Assembly: GCA_951406725.2 (NCBI GenBank)
Contig: OX597825.1
Coordinates: 37,820,001-37,884,000 of the forward strand
Reading direction: 5' to 3'
DNA length: 64,000 nt
DNA from: Octopus vulgaris
Lineage: Eukaryota
The notes beneath the pieces are model-generated. The model was given only the letters and a program-made list of their open reading frames with translations, had not been told where the DNA came from and did no database searches. Both the position numbers and the translations under genes were made by a program. Below, one piece after another: positions 1-14,351 of the stretch; position 1 is the stretch's first letter; every line of letters starts with the position of its first letter.

Positions 1-1040
1 GTTCTAAACTTACTGATTTTGTGATTCCATCAGCCTAACCTATATCATGTTCAATACCTTGCACAATTTTAAAACAACATAAAACTTATCACAAAACATT
101 ATTTAAAAGATGGGTGGGAAAATATTTGGTATCCTGAGGGCACTTAAATAATAATAACAACCTGATAGCAGAAAAAAGTAAAACAGAAAAATGTTATATA
201 ACGATTTATAGCAGTAAATCATTTTCATTTAAAAAGGCTAAGTTTAGTCATGTGTTTAAAATATGTTCAAAAATAAACAGTATGCAGAACACACACACAC
301 ACACACACACACACGCACTCATGCACGCACGCACACACGCACAGACACACACGCACGCACACACACACATACACACACAAAACACTTACATGCATGTATA
401 AATAAACGCACACACGCACTACTTTATTGTATGCTTTTCTTATTCATGTGATATGCTGTTATTCTTTACGCAACGGTAGTTTTAAATATAAGCTTTTGTG
501 TGCTCTTAAAAGGGTAACATGTAATATAATTACTATCCATATTTAGTTTGTCATCAATTTTTACTTCAGAATTGTAAATAGAATCAAGTTATAGAAAGAA
601 GATCTTTGATAGCTGAGGTCATGTTTTATTATGCTTCATCTCATTGGCATTTTCCCTTTCTTATAGAATATGAACTGAGTTTTAGTAATTTCAAATATAT
701 ACTAAATTTCAGTTTTAAACCTATTTATATTAGATAAATTTCAAACACAAATTAAAACCGTGGTAGAGAGAGAGGGAGAGAGAGGGGAGAGAGAGAGAGA
801 GAAGTTGAAAGTTTTAAAAATATAAATATAATTTGATATGAAACAATTTTGAAATTATCTTAAATATGAATAAGATCAAATTATAACATAATTTTACATG
901 ACTTAAATTTTTGTGAATTTTCCTCCATTGAAATATCTGTACGCAGTTTACCAGTTTAATGGGAATAAGATTAAAACTGAATAACATATATCCATCAATC
1001 CATCCGTCCATCCATCAATCTATCAATCTATCTATCTATC

Positions 1041-1423
1041 AGGAGTGGCTGTGTGGTAAGTAGCTTGTTTACCAACCACATGGTTCCGGGTTCAGTCTCA
1101 CTGCGTGGCATCTTGGGCAAGTGTCTTCTACTAAAGCCTCGGGCCGATCAAAGCCTTGTGAGTGGATTTGGTAGACGGAAAATGAAAGAAGACCGTCGTG
1201 TATATGTATATATATGTGTGTTTGTGTGTCTGTGTTTGTCCCCCCTGGCATTGCTTGACAACCGATGCTGGTGTGTTTATGTCCCCGTTACTTAGCGGTT
1301 CGGCAAAAGAGACCGATAGAATAAGTACTGGGCTTACAAAAGAATAAGTCCCAGGGTCGAGTTGCTCGAGTAAAGGCGGTGCTCCAGCATGGCCGCAGTC
1401 AAATGACTGAAACAAGTAAAAGA
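1041..1423 (+). mobile_element. Full-length tRNA-derived CORE-type SINE (octopus OR1/OR2-like), family 1
   Basis: A-box-like GTGGCTGTGTGG, B-box-like GGTTCAGTCTC, CORE-like TCTTGGGCAAGTGTCTT, internal (TG) tract, 3' end TGACTGAAACAAGTAAAAGA; inserted in (TCTA)n; homologous copies elsewhere in the window. Confidence 0.85.
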
Positions 1424-1654
1424 GTATCTATTTATCTATCTATCTATCTATCTATCTACCTATCTATCTATCTACCTACCTACTTATCTCTATACGTGTG
1501 TTTGTATGTTTATAGTTGCGAGTGTGTATGACTATATCTATTCGTAGTTTGTGTGTATGTGAGTTTGTTTCCATTGAGGAAGTTGTTATTTGAAAGAAAA
1601 TATTCAATTATAGTTATCGAAATAGATATTTGATTATTTACAACAAAAAAATGA

Positions 1655-1822
1655 AGTCAGCGGTTTGGCAACTCATTTAGCGCGTTGGATACGATGGTTA
1701 GCATTCTTTCGTCGTTTTTTAACTCCAAGGATATTATTCCCCCGATGTCAACATTGTCACTCATTCTTTCGAGGGTACGTAAATAAGTGCCAGCTTATAG
1801 TCGATATAATCGACTAGTCCCT
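1655..1822 (+). mobile_element. Degenerate tRNA-derived SINE, family 2 (OK-like)
   Basis: Remnants CATTCTTTCGAGGGT...AATAAGTGCCAG...GTCGATATAATCGACT match the copies at 12.4, 46 and 55.5 kb. Confidence 0.55.
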
Positions 1823-4505
1823 CTGCTGCAGCAGTAAGGGTTATTGAGAAGTTTAATAAATGCCCATTAAAATATTAGCTTTTTTTCTATTGATGAGTTT
1901 CATATTTAAAAATAGAAGGGAAATCCAAAATGAGGACCCTTTTTCTCATATTTTAGATTATGGATAAATGTATGAAATACATTGATATGGATGAATAATG
2001 AAGTGATTTAACGTTTCTATTAAGCACTGACATTTCCATGGTCAATTACATTTTCGAAAATATCGATATATAAATTTAAGTTTTTATGTACCAAACGGTT
2101 TTGGTTGAGAGATTTGTAATTTAAAAATATACCATGCTGAAATGAAATCGCCGAGCAGGTTTCAATTCCAGCCAACTAATTCGATGAGCTTACAAACGTT
2201 TAGAATGAAACGGTCTTTAAGCGATTATTTTCATTTTCCTAGATTGGTGCCTATAATGCTTTCATGGTTTCCAAGTTTAGTGTGGAAAGAAAGAGAAAGA
2301 GAAAGGGAAAGGTGTTTAGAGAAAGAGAGGGGGGGAGAGAGCAAAAAAGGCTGGGACACTTGAATCTTTACAGTAAAAGACCATACATCAAAACACTAAA
2401 TTCAAGCATTCGGATATAAAACACGGATATTTGAAATAAATCAGAGTAATACCCAATTGTATTTGGAAGTGTAGTTATTAACCTTCGAATTATAATACCT
2501 TTTTCTTAAACGTCAAATGTTCACTGTGTTAAATTGAAAAAGGAATAATGCAAATGATTTCGTTTCGTTATGCGATATTGCTCTCTTTTTAATTATATTG
2601 TCTATTTTACTATGTAATACAAATCTATGTTTTTTGAGGATATCTTTATTTCGAGATTTAACTGTGTTTTACGTCAATACTAAAGAATAAACTATTCTTT
2701 ATAGAGATAAACATATTACATTTTCTGATAAATTCAGCCAATATGGCTATTGCCGAATTTTTGTTATTGTTATTTATTGATTTTTAGTCACAGATCAGAC
2801 CTCATCAGTTTAATTATGACCACAGTTGTCCAAGACATGACCACCGTGTTTTCTTTGAGTACAGCGCATAACAAAGGAGAATATCCAATGTAAGACCTTT
2901 TTGAATTTGTGATATGATAAAGATTACGCTGCTAGTAAAAGCACATGCGGGATTAAACATGAAAGTGCTACTGCTTGGAGAATTACACGAGTTTAAATTT
3001 ACGTTTTTGTCTACCAGTACAATGAAGTTCTGGTGACGATAAGAAGTGGGGCATCTTTGAACAGACGAGCATATCTAAACTATACCACATGAACTGAGAA
3101 TAAACAATGAAAACTGTTACATATTCTAAAACAGGAAGCTTGATTCGTTCAGAAAGATTCAATAAATATGATATAGTTTGTTTGGAAACATTCAGCAAAT
3201 ATATTTATTTTATAATCCATATATGTGGTTATTGAATTCTCCACTTTTAATTCAAAGAAAATTAGACTATTCCAAATCACTGAATTATTTCATTTCTCAT
3301 TTTTCCCTTAATATATCGGTAACTGTTTATTAAATCTAGTTATTTAGCAGTTCTAAAAACAATAAAAATAGCTAACAGTTACATCCTCAAATTGAATATC
3401 AGTCTTGGAAACAAGATTAAAAAAATGGGGAGAGTAAAGAAAAATAAACAAATTACATAATTAGCATAATATTGAATACAAATCAAATATACATAAAAAA
3501 AAGCAACAAGAAAGTATTTAATGGATATTGAGTATAGAAAAAAATTATTGATGATGACGGCGGCGATGACGACGGCGTAGATTGCGATGGTGAAGTTGAT
3601 GATCATAAACATGGTGTTGCTGGTGACGATGGCAGTGTTGATGATTATGGCTCACTGAGCTTTTCTGATTTTTACATTTATCTGATTAGACGAGTATTTT
3701 AGATAAAAATGACAATCACGGAAATTAAATAAACCGGATGAATTTCTACAATTTCATACCAATTACGAATGATGACAGATTTAGCAAGTAATTCGTTACG
3801 CCTGTTCTCTGCATTAAATATTCTGTGCAAAGTGTGAGCTTACATACATTGTAAAACATATACGCACACATACATAAATATATGTGAATAGAATATGTGA
3901 GCGGAATATAAATGTGTAAACCCATGCACATATACACAGACACCACTAGAAAACTGTTTGCTGGTTTTAAGCAAAGATAAAGAAAATACTTAGGGATGTA
4001 TGCTACATGGAAAAGTATTAGTAAATTGCTGATAGCATGCGTGATGTATGGGGGCAAAAATTGTTGTTAATTATAATTTCACAATTAACAATAAACACAA
4101 AACATTTTTTCTAAATAGATGATTCGATACAAAAATTAGAAATGTTAATTCGACTAATTTCAGCAGAAATAAAAAAAAAAATCCTTGCAATTGAAAATTT
4201 ACATAAATGTAAAAGTTGAGGGAAATTGTGACAGTAAAACTTAAGGCAAGAACTACATTATAATTGAAGTGTTTCCATTAATAAGGAGAAAATTATATTA
4301 AATATACATATCTTCTCTTGATACATGAAATATAGGCATCAATTTAGTCGTATTTTCTCGTGCAGTAGATCTCATAGGATATTTTTCCCTTTGTTTTAAC
4401 TGTGTTCTTTTACGGAATACTGTCATGCGCCGTACAACGAAGAGATAAATTCATGCACACGTACATACATATATTAATGCAACTGCATATATGTACACAC
4501 AGAAA

Positions 4506-4554
<49 letters not shown>

Positions 4555-4560
4555 CAGAGT

Positions 4561-4606
<46 letters not shown>

Positions 4607-4895
4607 GAAGAGGGGACACATGTCATCATTGCGGTCTGTAGCTTCCAGTTGTGAATTTTCAGATATTTTACATGTAGAGAATATTCAGTGTATATTGTTG
4701 CATCGGAGCAGGAAGTAACTGGCAAAATGAATTCATCCAGGTAAGTGGGGAGCTATGACTAAGGAAGCGTTAATATATATACATATATGTACTGCGCGCT
4801 CGCAGCGTGTGTATGCCTGCATTAGCATATGCGTACATGCGAACGACTATGCAGCTACACACACATATATATATATGAGTTGATATATATATATA

Positions 4896-5417
4896 GATTC
4901 AGATGAATATGGTACTTCAGTTAAGGCACCAGAATTTAGTACGGTATTGTCCTTACAATTTCAAAATAAGGTGATTAAAATCGAAATAAGCAACAAGGAT
5001 ATCCAGAGGTAATGGAGTACGATCGTTTCAAGCAACTCCATTTAATTGAACAATGCAATCATTGCATCAATTTAAATGCAGAGCAATCCTCAGCATCATA
5101 AAGACAGAATTTAATTAAATTAAAATAGATGGACACATTGGTATACTATTACCTAAAATCTCCAAGAAGGTAAGTAGATATACAAAGAACATACTGTCTT
5201 CACTTCAGAATAGAAGCTTACCTTCTTGGAGATTTTATGTAAAATTATACTAATGTGTCCATCTGTTTTAATTTAATTAAATTCTATGTCTTTATGCAAC
5301 TGAGGATTGCTCTGCATTTAAATTGATGTAAAGATTGCATTGTTCAATTAAATGGAGTTGCTTGAAACGATCGTACTGCTTTAACTCTGGATATCCCTGT
5401 TGCTTATTTTGATTTTA
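4896..5417 (-). mobile_element. Fold-back PLE-like element A: inverted arms 4976-5174 / 5217-5417 plus unpaired tail 4896-4975 next to (TA)n
   Basis: ~200-bp arms are reverse complements with scattered mismatches, 42-nt spacer; both arms carry CTGAGGA...GAAACGATCGTA. Confidence 0.85.
5294..5381 (+). ncRNA. Degenerate minimal type I hammerhead motif (mirror copy on - strand in left arm)
   Basis: CTGAGGA 5300-5306, long imperfect helix II, GAAAC-GATC-GTA with palindromic ACGATCGT; helix I mismatched in each arm (inferred consensus ATGCAG/CTGCAT). Confidence 0.6.
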
Positions 5418-5529
5418 TATATTTGTACATATATAATGTATACATGATTATAAGATTTAACCGTATATTGATTAAAGAAAATAGTCTAATATTAGGGCAT
5501 GTTTGGGCAGCATGAATATGTATACTTCC

Positions 5530-5945
5530 GTATATCTTTTATCATTTACTCGTTTCAATTATAAGACGGTGGCAATGCTGGTGCAGAGCCTTGAACAATT
5601 TTAGCCGAATGAAGTGAACCCCTTTACTTTCTTTTTTAAGCCTGGTACTTATTCTATCGATCGCCTTTTTGACGAACGCTAGTTTATGGAGACGGAAACA
5701 CACTAATACCCGTTGTCAAGAGCTGGTGGTGGTACAAACACAGACACAAATACACACACACAGATATATACGTATATATTTATATAGGGACGGAATTCTT
5801 TCAGTTAACATCAACCACTCACAAGTTTATGGATTGCTTGAGGCTATAGTAGAACACATTTGCCTAAAGCAAATGCAGTGGAACAGGCACGGGAACCAAG
5901 TGGTTGTGAAACAAACTGTTTAGCACACAGCCAATGATCGCCTAT
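5530..5945 (-). mobile_element. Degenerate family 1 SINE
   Basis: Reverse complement of motifs in 1041-1423 (GTACTTATTCTATCG, GAGGCTATAGTAGAA, CACACAGCCA). Confidence 0.8.
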
Positions 5946-5958
5946 ACATATGAAAATG

Positions 5959-5989
<31 letters not shown>

Positions 5990-6315
5990 TCATAAGTCAA
6001 CTAGTGTAGCTAACTAAGTTAATGTTGTTACAAGCTTTTAAACGCACGCTGTGTTTTGCATAAATTGAGTTTCTGCTTTCTATTCGTGGGCAGAAAAATG
6101 GCAGGAACTCTCTTCCCTGACTATTGGCAAATAAACTGGAAATATATCAGATTATTCTTCTTTATATTACTGCATGCAAAGAGAACAGGCAGATATTATT
6201 CACATCGGATTTAAGGGATTCCACAGTAAAAGACTGAAAACAGTAAAGTTAAGTTTCATTGATTGCTTCGTTGTGCCTGCAGATGTATATGTGATGTACT
6301 TATTTACCCGCCTAC

Positions 6316-6505
<190 letters not shown>

Positions 6506-6722
6506 TCTGTCTGTCTAACTAGCTATCTATGTTTGTACGTTTTTATGTGTCTATATATGTGATATTCTGCTGCCAACTATAAACCTAAGTAAGCGGGTTC
6601 AGACGTATCTACATAACTACATACATTTACACACACGCATAATCACTCACTTGTACACACACGCATACACACACACGTACACACACAGGCACACACACAC
6701 AAGCACACGCACACACACACAC

Positions 6723-7010
6723 CTCTGCTCAAAGTGCATTTCAGAAGAATTGAGACGTTTCGGAAAACACGTTTATTAGATTCAAAACACTACAAGCTCT
6801 AATCTCCTTCAAAGTAGGACTCTGTGACATCAGTGAATCTGTTGTAGCATTCCAGTCACTTCTCATGGAAGGCCTCGTGGATATCCTCCTAAGTGAAGAT
6901 ATCCAGTACGCTTGCCACAGCCTCCTTCATCTTCTTCAGTTTGGGAAGATTCACAGGGTGCAAGTTTGAACAGTAGCGAGGATGAAGGGAAGTTTTCATG
7001 ACCATCGGTG
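6723..7010 (-). pseudogene. Mariner transposase C-terminal relic
   Basis: Minus-strand translation with frameshifts gives HPRYCSNL(AP)...PKLKKMKEAVASVLDIFT...ESYFEGD*, matching the mariner HPPYSPDLAP...G.YFE end. Confidence 0.75.
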
Positions 7011-7042
7011 TCGTAAGTATAGCATGACACATTCCTGTACAT

Positions 7043-7327
7043 CAGTGCTTCTCAAACAATCTGATGTGGCGTATCGGCATTTTTTTTTCCTAATGCGCCA
7101 GGGACCGGTAATATTTCTTAGTAATATTAATTTATATAGGAATCAATATATATAATGAATATGTTAAAAGTCGACCATTTTTTAATCTTATATTTATTTT
7201 GTAAACAAATAATACATTATTATATAAGCATTTTATAATGTTTCTTTTCTGAAAACTCACCGTGTAGCTGCAGCTTGTGGCTCACAGACCGGCACCGGTC
7301 CGCGGACCACCACTTTGACCAACACTG
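7043..7327. mobile_element. hAT (Charlie-like) MITE
   Basis: TIRs CAGTGCTTCTCAAA / TTTGACCAACACTG; 8-bp TSD CTGTACAT (7035-7042) / CTGTATAT (7328-7335) with central TA. Confidence 0.8.
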
Positions 7328-10270
7328 CTGTATATTATCTATAAACTAGCCTCTTATCTTCCTTCTACACAACTGTCCATCCACCTAAGTTCCACCTGTA
7401 TTTAACTCTTGTATTCTGTCTTCCAACTTCATATATGCTAATTATTTCCATCTCTCTCTCTCATACACTCTCTCTCTCACTCTCTCGCTTTCTCTCTTTT
7501 CACGTCTGTTGTCTTCCTTTTTTACATCAGTAAAAACAGCACAGTGGTGCAAAATCTTAAAACATGCGCCATTGAAGCACGAAACTATTATTGAAACTAC
7601 TATACGACAAACTTTGATCTTCGTACACAAAATCACTCTCACACACAACAACCACACACGCGCGTGCGCGTATATATGTTTATACATATATATGTATGTA
7701 TGTTTATGTTTTGACGATGAAATCACGCTGTTACATTTGCATGCAAGAGCACATACATAAAAATGAACAGCCACTATCATCACATCATCTATAGGAGGTC
7801 TTCAGTTTAAATGTACAGGACAGTTGCAATTTATTGATACCAAGGCCTATGTCATAAATAACACTGACAGTCTCTTTTAAATACTAGCATGATTAGTTTT
7901 TCAAAGCTGAGACTTTCTTTGTTCTCTGAAGTTTGTCTATCGACAGATGAATATCTCTGGTTTGGATAAAAGTATATAATCTACTGCATGCATTGCATAC
8001 ATTGTTCTGTCTTTTTTTTTAATCTAACCACATACGCATACACACTGATATATGTGTACACATACACATACATAAACGCACATATCGCATTATAGATCTT
8101 TCATGTTCGAAATATATATTCACTTACTTGTAAGTATATTTCCTGTCTTTAGATATGAAATCTAGTAGTAATTTTAAGCTCTCATACATGATAAGTATAA
8201 ACAATAGATATAAACAAGTGCTGTACACTGTTATATTCAAAATCGTGTCCTTATTTTGGTCGTTATAATCCCAAACGCTCGGTCTTAAGCCTTCCGAATT
8301 ACTACAGGTGCCCCTCAAATCAGATAACCTCCTCAGAATTTTCAACATAACCCTTTATTTTTATAGTGCGACGTGAGATAGGCGGTTCTGACTCTGTTGT
8401 CCATAGCATTAAATATTCTTCTACCTCGCTCCAATGCACCTGTTCCAATTCAATCAAAACTACGTTGTTGAACGAAGTCCATTTGCAAAAATATCCTGTT
8501 TAAAGCTCATAATTTTCTTTACCTAATTGTATGATAGGACAATGAGATAATGGTGATAATCGTTGTTAACTGTTCATAGCAGAAGCTTCATAGCTTCAAA
8601 TTCTTTGTCATTCAATGAATGTATACTCTGATTCATGCAGGGGGAGCATGTCATCACATCAAGGAGGAATAGTAACGGAAATGTCTCTAGTATGGACAAC
8701 AGAATAGGAACAATACAATCTCGTACGTATAATAAGGGGTTCAGGTCAAAATTTTGAAACCGAAATATAAAGCAACAAGCACAGAAAGAAGGCTGCAAAA
8801 TTGAGGCTAAGCCAACTAATATGCAAAGACTACTTCAAAAGTATATAGGAAACGGGGTAGCTTATGCATTGCTTTCCTACCATTTTGTCGTTCCATGTTT
8901 TCAGTTAAGTTTGTTTAAATTCTGTGTGTGGGGGAACACATTATTTCTAGAGGAGTTATTAGAATGTTATGTTGCAGACGTATTAGAGAGTTTTGTGAAT
9001 ATAAGTGTACAGTTAGTGTGAATAAAAATGATGTAAGCATGAATATATTTCAGTTATAGAGTTTACTTCGTTTTTAGCTGATACCTAGCTTTGATAATAT
9101 TCTTGTGGAGGTGGGCAACAATTCTTATTTCATTATCATCCTTCATCATGCAATACTGTCATTTCATAATACATCGAATTCTCATATTTCTAGTTTGCTG
9201 TCAAGCCACTTTTTCCATTTCAATGTAGATGTAGATTATTGCTCACATTTAAGCTTCATAAATGATTTTGTTGGCAAAATTCTGCAGTAAAGATAAAAAA
9301 TCTGAAAGTTAAACAAATTGAATGTTTGAACTATAATTATACGTCTTCAAACCTGTGGCAATCTATTCTAAATGATAAAAAAATCCATACTTTCAGAATA
9401 AAAAGTGATTGCAGGAGCAGATGTTAGCTTTTTACGTTATGTCAGCTGGTTTACGTCTAAACCACCTTTCCCCTTTTCTTCTGCAAAGGGCAATACAATT
9501 TTAATATGCTTTTCTTTTTCAAGGCAATACAATGTGAGTTGAAAAAGAATTAGTTTCTATTTCTAGGCGGTTGACCGATCTCATATGTACAGCTGCATTG
9601 CTTAGTAGTTATCGTGCTATGTGGAGAAATGAGAGCATTCATCGACTAAGTAATTTAGCAAAGTATTGTAGTTTACCATGTTTTATTATATACGAGATTA
9701 TTAATGTGTTGTTTGGGTTATGGTTAAGTGGTGTCACTTGGATTCTTTGAATTGTAGTAAGGTATCAGATGATTGATGTGCTCCGTGTGCGTATATTGTA
9801 AATTCGCATATCGTCTATTTAGGTTGTGTTGCATACTGGTTGCCTTCGGATAAATGTCTCTTTTGTCTGCTGCCTTTGTTAAAAGATTCAGCAGAACGTT
9901 AATGATAATATTACTTCGCAGTACATTCCATTTGCAACGGAGATATTCAGAGCTTAATAATTTAATATATTAGTATTTACAGTGTCAATGTTAATGCTTG
10001 AAAGCTATACAATATGTTTTATGTAGACTATTAGCTCACAAGGGGCTAAATTTCAATATATGCTGTTCAATCTAAATTCAGATACTTATGCCTAACACAC
10101 AACTTATACAAATTCGTAGCATGTACATACATGTAAGAATAACTGACTAGATTTTAAATGAGAAATACGTGATTAGAAAGAGAAAAACATGCGAAGATAC
10201 ACTCGATTTTATAGCAATATACGTGTATGTGTGTATATATATATAGCCACACATATACAAATATACTTAC

Positions 10271-10321
<51 letters not shown>

Positions 10322-10347
10322 TATATATGTATGTATACACACATATA

Positions 10348-10457
<110 letters not shown>

Positions 10458-11585
10458 TATCATATACGTTTATGAATGTATTTATGTGTGTAGGTTTGTA
10501 AGTTTGAGTACATTACATTGATGTTTGCGTATTGGCTTGATTTTCTTCTTGACTGTTTTCATATGCATGGGCATTGAGTTGTCAAATATTTCTCATTAAT
10601 TATTCAAGATGTTTTTTCCACATCTGAAACGTCACTGCTTATACGATTCGTTTATTCAAAGCATTATTAGATGCAGTGAATTGAAAACGTTTTACGAATC
10701 ATAGGAAGCGTTATATATTTTATTTATTTTTCGCATTTATTCATATGAATAGTTGAAATAAGTATTTCGCGTGAATTTTACATTAATATCGTACAAAAGG
10801 AAATGTATGCTAAACAGAAATTTAAAATGATATTCTAACATAGATAGAGATTTGTATACACGGAATAATATATTTAAAACTAAAATGAGTATATTTGTCG
10901 ATATATATTAAAATTTGCCCCTTCTATAATTTTTATTAGGAATGATACTGTTAATATGTTTGTATTTAGATGAATCGGTAATATATACATGTAGAAGCCT
11001 TTATGAATAATAAATTATTAGTAAACAATAATCTCATATTACAAAAATAAGGAATATATATATATACATTGAAGATTGATCGATCGTATTTTAAATGAGT
11101 AACTCATGATTAGGACATAAAAATAAGCCAGCAGCATATTTAAGAATAAAGAATAAAGTATTAAGGCAGCGGAGGCGGCTTCAGCAGTTGCATCATTACT
11201 ATGATCACTTGCAGCCTATTAAAAGACGTGGCAAGAGCGTGACATTATCGTCATTCCTTTCGATAATGGGCGGAGAATGTCTTGAGACTTTAATGGTTTT
11301 AGTAACGTTATATTCTCAAATTAAGAAGGGCTAATGAGGAAATATATCTTATGAAGAAATATGCAAAATCTATAGTGATAACAATTAAAGTCAAATATAG
11401 GCGTGTATTCTATAAAACTTTTTCAAACGAAAATTTCCTCATGTACATACGCACGCACATATACAATCCACCCTACAAAAACACACACACGCACATTTGC
11501 AAACACACATATATGCATATACGCGTATGTATGTATGTATGTATGTATGTATGTATGTATGTATGTATGTATGTATGTATCTATC

Positions 11586-11726
<141 letters not shown>

Positions 11727-12061
11727 GTATATATTTGTACCTATTATTATTATCTAGAGATACACGCTCACACACACCGGCACTCAGGCATATAAAGACA
11801 TGCACACATTCTAGACAAAAACATACACAAACAAACATTAATATGTAAAGGGAATTAATTAATGTTAGCGTTATAAACCTCAGATTAAGTAGACGGATCG
11901 AAAATCAATGAAATTATCACGACTTCGAATTAGATCGTTTTATCAGCTTTGAGAGCTAAATTATAATTTGCTTATTGTTATATTTCATTTGTTAATAATT
12001 TCTATTTTTCATTTCCAATCATATATACATGTGTGTGTATGTATATAATATCATATTATAG

Positions 12062-12103
<42 letters not shown>

Positions 12104-12391
12104 GAAATAGAATGGAAGGTATAGTGGAACAAAGGAAAAGTACATACAACCCATATCGAGGGTTTTCAAGTTATATTTTGAACAACTTAGAGTTCTGAAT
12201 AACTAAATTTCAGCAGACACATAAAAATCAAAATCAATTATTTTGTCCCTTTTCTCTTTGAAATGATCACGGTTTCTAAAGGAAACCCAAGAATTAAGGT
12301 TCGTTTTCATTGGTCATGTGAATGAGATCAGCCTTTCGATAAGTACTGTCGAGTAGGATTCTTCTCTGTCAACATATATACCAAACTCTTG

Positions 12392-12530
12392 AAGTTCCGC
12401 CAAGGTCGACTTTGCCTCTCCTCCTTTTTGGGGTCGAGAAACTAAGTACCAGTTGCGTACTGGGGTCGATCTAATCGACTGGCACCTTCCCGAAAAATTT
12501 CGGGCCTTGATCCTAGAGTAGAAACGAATA
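12392..12530 (+). mobile_element. Family 2 SINE, 5'-truncated
   Basis: TTCCGCCAAGGTCGACTTTGCCT...GGGGTCGA...AAGTACCAGTTGCGTACTGGGGTCGATCTAATCGACT. Confidence 0.8.
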
Positions 12531-13145
12531 TCTATATCAATACCTATTTCACTTGAAATTTTACAATGCCAGCCAAACTTTATAAGCTATTAACATATTA
12601 CTAAAAGTCATGCACAGCGAAGTTTCGTTAGAGGCAACTATCGTGTATTTTTAATACTAAAACGATAAAATGGGAGATGTGCTGAAATGATGTTTTTCAT
12701 AGCTAAACACATAGTAAAATAGAAAGTGTGTTATTTATCATTCACTAACAATAATTATTGTTAAATGGAATCATTGACACGTCAGTTCTCAATATGCAAG
12801 CAAATAAAGAAGAAAAAAGTAAAAATAAAATTTAGACGTCTATAATTTTACTTGTACGAGCCTAAACAAAATCATATGCTTATGTAGTCTATCTAATGCA
12901 TTCACATTGCTGTAAGGCCTTTATTTGCATGCCTATATTTATATGTGCACCAAATATTAATGTTTTTTTGCCTCCGACGTTTACGTTCGCTCACTTGTTC
13001 CCAGCAGCTTTTTGCTGTTGACACCATCACAATGAACAATCTTATTATTAAAGGCGTAAAACTCTAATGATTTTTGAACAATAGCTGATGGGAAAAGCGT
13101 ATGTCCACGTCTTATTTGATTTTTCTGTCTTCTCCTTTTTGTACT

Positions 13146-13189
<44 letters not shown>

Positions 13190-13233
13190 ATACACACACG
13201 CATATATATATATATATACATACACGCATACGT

Positions 13234-13267
<34 letters not shown>

Positions 13268-13311
13268 ACATATATATATAAGCGAGAAAGAAGCAACAAG
13301 AATGGATAGGT

Positions 13312-13402
13312 TTTTAGTACAATCGTTTCATACAAGGACAGGGTTTATTAAAAGTTGCAAAAATTGCAGCATATAAACGTGTCCCGTACTCATCAGCTAA
13401 AA
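13312..13402 (-). ncRNA. Mirror hammerhead motif in left arm of element B
   Basis: Reverse complement of 13761-13851. Confidence 0.8.
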
Positions 13403-13760
13403 TACATGTGAGTTCTCTAGACATCCTAGTGGTTGAGGCTATACTCATGAAGTAATGTAGATAATTAAGTAACATAAACAGATTTCCAAAGTTCATTAAA
13501 GTTCTTTAAAGATGATGTACAGTCTTATCACAGAATTTTAAAAAAGTTTTAATAGCATCACAGAGAAGGTGACTTAATCCATATGTACACTATGGATTAA
13601 GTCACCTTCTCTGTGATGCTATTAAAACTTTTTTAAAATTCTGTACATCATCTTTAAAGAACTTTAATGAACTTTGGAAATCTGTTTATGTTACTTAATT
13701 ATCTACATTACTTCATGAGTATAGCCTCAACCACTAGGATGTCTAGAGAACTCACATGTA

Positions 13761-13851
13761 TTTTAGCTGATGAGTACGGGACACGTTTATATGCTGCAAT
13801 TTTTGCAACTTTTAATAAAGCCTGTCCTTGTATGAAACGATTGTACTAAAA
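13761..13851 (+). ncRNA. Minimal type I hammerhead ribozyme motif, intact core
   Basis: Helix I TTTTAG/CTAAAA; CTGATGA 13767-13773; helix II GTACGGGACA/TGTCCTTGTAT; GAAAC-GATT-GTA, predicted cut after 13845. Confidence 0.85.
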
Positions 13852-14004
13852 ACCTATCCATTCTTGTTGCTTCTTTCTCGCTTATAATCACCCCACATTA
13901 CTGTATTGTTAAAACCGTATAGTTTTTTTGGTGCATCTAAGTTAGGTACCATATTCAAGTAAATTCATTTAAATTAACTTGAATCTTTATTGCTTTTTGA
14001 GTAC

Positions 14005-14035
<31 letters not shown>

Positions 14036-14102
14036 CATACATACACGCACATACACACATATATATACATATACATACTCAAACATACACATATATATGT
14101 AC

Positions 14103-14152
<50 letters not shown>

Positions 14153-14309
14153 AATAAATACGAGTAAATAGTGAATGCAGAATAAGTTACCATTAATTCA
14201 TATGCCTGTTTCGTTGTAATTTACTTTGGATCTATTTTGCATTCTTCCGGCCATACCCACATATTTTTTCATAATACTTTCCTCACAATGCCTGATATTA
14301 ACTATTGCA

Positions 14310-14351
<42 letters not shown>

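Larger units (their letters stand above)
13277..14003 (+). mobile_element. Fold-back PLE-like element B: near-perfect ~300-bp palindrome (13277-13583 / 13591-13886) plus tail, flanked by (TA)n
   Basis: By eye the arms differ by one substitution and one 11-nt indel; 7-nt loop; mirrored ORFs 13314-13496(-) and 13667-13849(+) confirm the symmetry. Confidence 0.92.

Noticed and set aside
1041-1110. tRNA gene
   Set aside because: The A/B-box-like head continues into SINE body sequence; no cloverleaf.
4690-4746. Possible small exon ending at CAG/GTAAGT
   Set aside because: A single splice-like site without a partner exon or recognisable peptide is expected by chance.
8270-8345. Minus-strand CTGAGGA...GAGCGTT hammerhead-like trace
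   Set aside because: GAAA is lost and helix I does not pair.
13314-13849. Twin 60-aa ORFs on opposite strands
   Set aside because: By-product of the palindrome; they overlap the hammerhead and show no protein motif.
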